DNA from: Acidimicrobiia bacterium
GTDB taxonomy: Bacteria; Actinomycetota; Acidimicrobiia; Acidimicrobiales; Aldehydirespiratoraceae
Length of the DNA: 64,000 nt
Direction: 5' to 3'
Assembly: GCA_022820805.1 (NCBI GenBank)
Contig: JAJEEV010000037.1
Span: forward strand, 71,923-135,922
Both the position numbers and the translations under genes were made by a program. Shown in pieces: positions 61,541 through 64,000 of this stretch; position 1 is the first letter of the stretch; the number at the start of each line of letters is the position of its first letter. The notes under the pieces are model-generated. The model saw only the letters and a list, made by a program, of their open reading frames with translations. It was not told where the DNA came from and did not search any database.

Positions 61541-63289
61541 ATGCTTGACACGCTGATAACCGGCGGCACGCTGATAGACGGCACCGGCGCCCCCGCCCGC
61601 CCGGCCGACATCGGAATCGCCGACGGCCGGATCGTGGCCGTGGCCGACCCCGGCACCCTCGCCGCCACCGGAGCCACCGACACCATCGACGCCACCGGCC
61701 TGGTGGTGTGCCCCGGCTTCATCGACCCCCACACCCACTACGACGCCCAGATCTTCTGGGACCCCAGAGCCACCCCGTCAAACCTGTTCGGCGTCACCAG
61801 CGTGGTCGGCGGCAACTGCGGCTTCTCGCTGGCCCCGCTCACCCACCCCGACGACGGCGAGTACCTCAAGCGCATGATGGTGAAGGTCGAGGGCATGGAG
61901 CTGGCCGCGCTGGAGGAGGGCGTGCCCTGGGACTGGGAAAGCTTCGCCGACTACCTGCGGGCCGTCGAGTCCCGCGGCATAGGCGTGAACGCCGGCTTCA
62001 TGGTGGGCCACTGCGCCCTGCGCCGGGCCGTGATGCGCGACGACGCCGTGGGCCACGAGGCCAACGACGACCAGATCGCCCTGATGCGGGCCCTGCTGGC
62101 CGAGTCGCTGGCCGCCGGCGGGCTGGGCTTCTCCACCGGCCGCAGCTACACCCACAACGACTGGGACGGTCAGCCCGTGCCCAGCCGCTGGGCGTCCGAG
62201 CACGAGGTGCTGGAGCTGTGCCGGGAGACGTCCGCCCACCCCGGCACCACCCTGGAGTGGGTGGCCGACGGCTGCATGAAGGGCTTCAGCGACGACGAGG
62301 TCGACCTGATGACCCGCATGTCGCTGCAGGCTCAGCGCCCCCTCAACTGGAACGTGCTCACCATCGACTCGGCCCGCCCCGACGACTACCGCAACCAGAT
62401 CGCCGCCTGCGAGCGGGCCGCCGAGGCGGGGGCGGTGGTGGTGGCGCTCACCATGCCGATCCTGGTGGGGATGAACATGAACCTGGGCACGTTCTGCGCG
62501 CTGCACATGCTGCCGGACTGGCCCGACACGTTCGGCCTCCCGATCCCCGAGCGCATGCAGGCCCTTCGCAACAAAGAGACCCTGATCGCCCTGGAGAACT
62601 CGGCGGCCAGCCCGGAGGCCGGCGTGTTCAGCCGCCTCACGGGCTGGTCGGACTACCGCATCGGCGACACCTACTCGGCCGCCAACGAGGGCCTGAAGGG
62701 CCGCCGCATCGGCGACATCGCCCGCGAGCGGGGCCAGCGGGATTTCTTCTGCCTGGTGGACATCTGCCTGAACGACGACCTGCGCACCGTGCTGTGGCCG
62801 GCCCCCACCGACGACGATCCCGAGAGTTGGCGCCTGCGGGCCGAGGCCTGGGAGCATCCGGCGGTGATGATCGGCGGCAGCGACGCCGGGGCCCACCTCG
62901 ACCGCATGGCCGGCGCCTGCTACACCACCGCCTGGATCGACGACTGCCTGCGGGGCCGGCGGCTCACCACCCTCGAGAACGCCGTCCATCACCTCACCGA
63001 GGCACCGGCCCGGCTGTTCGGCCTCAAGGGCCGGGGCCGCATCGCCGAGGGCTGCTTCGCCGATGTGGTGCTGTTCGATCCCGACACCGTGGGCGCCACC
63101 GAGCCGGTGCTGGTGGCCGACCTGCCCGGCGCGGGCCGGCGCCTGTGGGCCGAGGCCACGGGTGTGCGCCGGGTGATGGTCAACGGGGTCACCACCGTGG
63201 TGGACGGCGAGGCCACTGAGGCGCTGCCGGGCACGGTGCTGCGCTCGGGACGCCACACCGACACGGTGCCGGCCGGAGCCGCCGCCTAG
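61541..63289 (+). CDS. N-acyl-D-amino-acid deacylase (D-aminoacylase) family amidohydrolase
   Basis: ITGGTLIDGTG, PGFIDPHTHYD, GGSDAGAHLD. Confidence 0.85.
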   Translation: MLDTLITGGTLIDGTGAPARPADIGIADGRIVAVADPGTLAATGATDTIDATGLVVCPGFIDPHTHYDAQIFWDPRATPSNLFGVTSVVGGNCGFSLAPLTHPDDGEYLKRMMVKVEGMELAALEEGVPWDWESFADYLRAVESRGIGVNAGFMVGHCALRRAVMRDDAVGHEANDDQIALMRALLAESLAAGGLGFSTGRSYTHNDWDGQPVPSRWASEHEVLELCRETSAHPGTTLEWVADGCMKGFSDDEVDLMTRMSLQAQRPLNWNVLTIDSARPDDYRNQIAACERAAEAGAVVVALTMPILVGMNMNLGTFCALHMLPDWPDTFGLPIPERMQALRNKETLIALENSAASPEAGVFSRLTGWSDYRIGDTYSAANEGLKGRRIGDIARERGQRDFFCLVDICLNDDLRTVLWPAPTDDDPESWRLRAEAWEHPAVMIGGSDAGAHLDRMAGACYTTAWIDDCLRGRRLTTLENAVHHLTEAPARLFGLKGRGRIAEGCFADVVLFDPDTVGATEPVLVADLPGAGRRLWAEATGVRRVMVNGVTTVVDGEATEALPGTVLRSGRHTDTVPAGAAA

Positions 63290-63329
63290 CCGCCTAGCCA
63301 CCACCCTCAGAGCAACCAGGAGGACCGCC

Positions 63330-64000
63330 ATGGCCGAAGGGTCGATCGAGATCTACGAGACCGAGGACCGCACCTTCCCGCCGCCGCCGGACTTCGCGGC
63401 CAGAGCCCAGGCGCAGGACCGGTCCATGTACGACGAGGCCGACGCCGACTTCGAGGCGTTCTGGGCCGGCCAGGCCCGCGACCTCCTCGACTGGGACGAC
63501 GACTTCCACACCACCCTGGAGTGGGACCTGCCCTTCGCCCAGTGGTTCGTGGGCGGCAAGCTCAACGTGTCCTACAACTGCCTCGACCGCCACGTCGCCG
63601 CCGGCAGGGGCGACAAGGTGGCCTTCCACTGGGAGGGCGAGCCCGGCGACACCCGCACCATCACCTACGCCGAGCTCCTCGACGACGTGCAGCGCTTCGC
63701 CAACGTGCTGCTGCGCCTGGGCCTGCGCCAGGGCGACCGCATCGCGGTGTACATGCCGATGATCCCCGAGCTGGCGGTCACGATGCTGGCCTGCACCCGC
63801 ATCGGGGTGGCCCATTCGGTGATCTTCGGCGGGTTCTCGCCCGACGCCATCACCGACCGCTGCGCCGACGCCGAGGCCCGGCTGGTGGTCACCGCCGACG
63901 CCGGCTACCGCCGGGGCGCCCCGTCGGCCCTGAAGCCCAACGTGGATCTGGCCCTGAGCGCAGGCGCGCCGTCGGTGGAGCATGTGGTGGTGGTGGACCG
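63330..64000 (+). CDS. acs: Acetyl-CoA synthetase, 3' end runs off the window
   Basis: AGGAGG 6 nt before ATG; FWAGQARDLLDW, WFVGGKLNVSYNCLDRH, ITYAELL; frame open to the window end. Confidence 0.85.
   Translation, partial: MAEGSIEIYETEDRTFPPPPDFAARAQAQDRSMYDEADADFEAFWAGQARDLLDWDDDFHTTLEWDLPFAQWFVGGKLNVSYNCLDRHVAAGRGDKVAFHWEGEPGDTRTITYAELLDDVQRFANVLLRLGLRQGDRIAVYMPMIPELAVTMLACTRIGVAHSVIFGGFSPDAITDRCADAEARLVVTADAGYRRGAPSALKPNVDLALSAGAPSVEHVVVVD

Overview
This is a high-GC (roughly 70%), gene-dense 64-kb chromosomal segment. It carries Actinomycetota hallmarks: crgA, a Cdc48-like double-AAA ATPase, three luciferase-like F420-type oxidoreductases, an FrhB-like protein, many GTG starts and many 4-nt ATGA/GTGA stop-start overlaps. 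I support about 60 protein genes, 7 junction mini-ORFs and one tRNA-Gly(CCC). I see no rRNA, CRISPR-cas, transposase, integrase or recognisable defence gene. The left two thirds is a mosaic of catabolic operons: a fused EtfBA, several amidohydrolases, an acyl-CoA ligase/dehydrogenase operon behind an ECF sigma factor, a split bicupin + ACMSD-like enzyme + Cdc48-like ATPase + GGT operon, and a CoxG-M-S-L type molybdenum hydroxylase. The right third is mostly housekeeping: MTA salvage, yaaA, an aminotransferase, dcd, P450/SDR, crgA, msrA and acs. Four things stand out. (1) A six-gene operon at 29.4-33.5 kb combines an FrhB-like F420 module, two ferredoxins (Fer2-type and Rieske) and a heme-oxygenase-fold PqqC/TenA-like protein; I read it as a candidate F420-driven multicomponent oxygenase. 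(2) Tandem 'junction minisatellites' copy gene ends and keep unbroken chains of 4-nt stop/start overlaps through mini-ORFs (coxM-coxS-coxL and mtaD-cupin). (3) A family of 60/71-bp hairpin-containing tandem arrays occurs at five loci, and a 135-bp MITE-like element occurs in three copies. (4) A TTGTATACAA-type palindrome is shared by four catabolic promoter regions. All functional calls rest on my reading of translated motifs and the raw sequence; no database search was possible.
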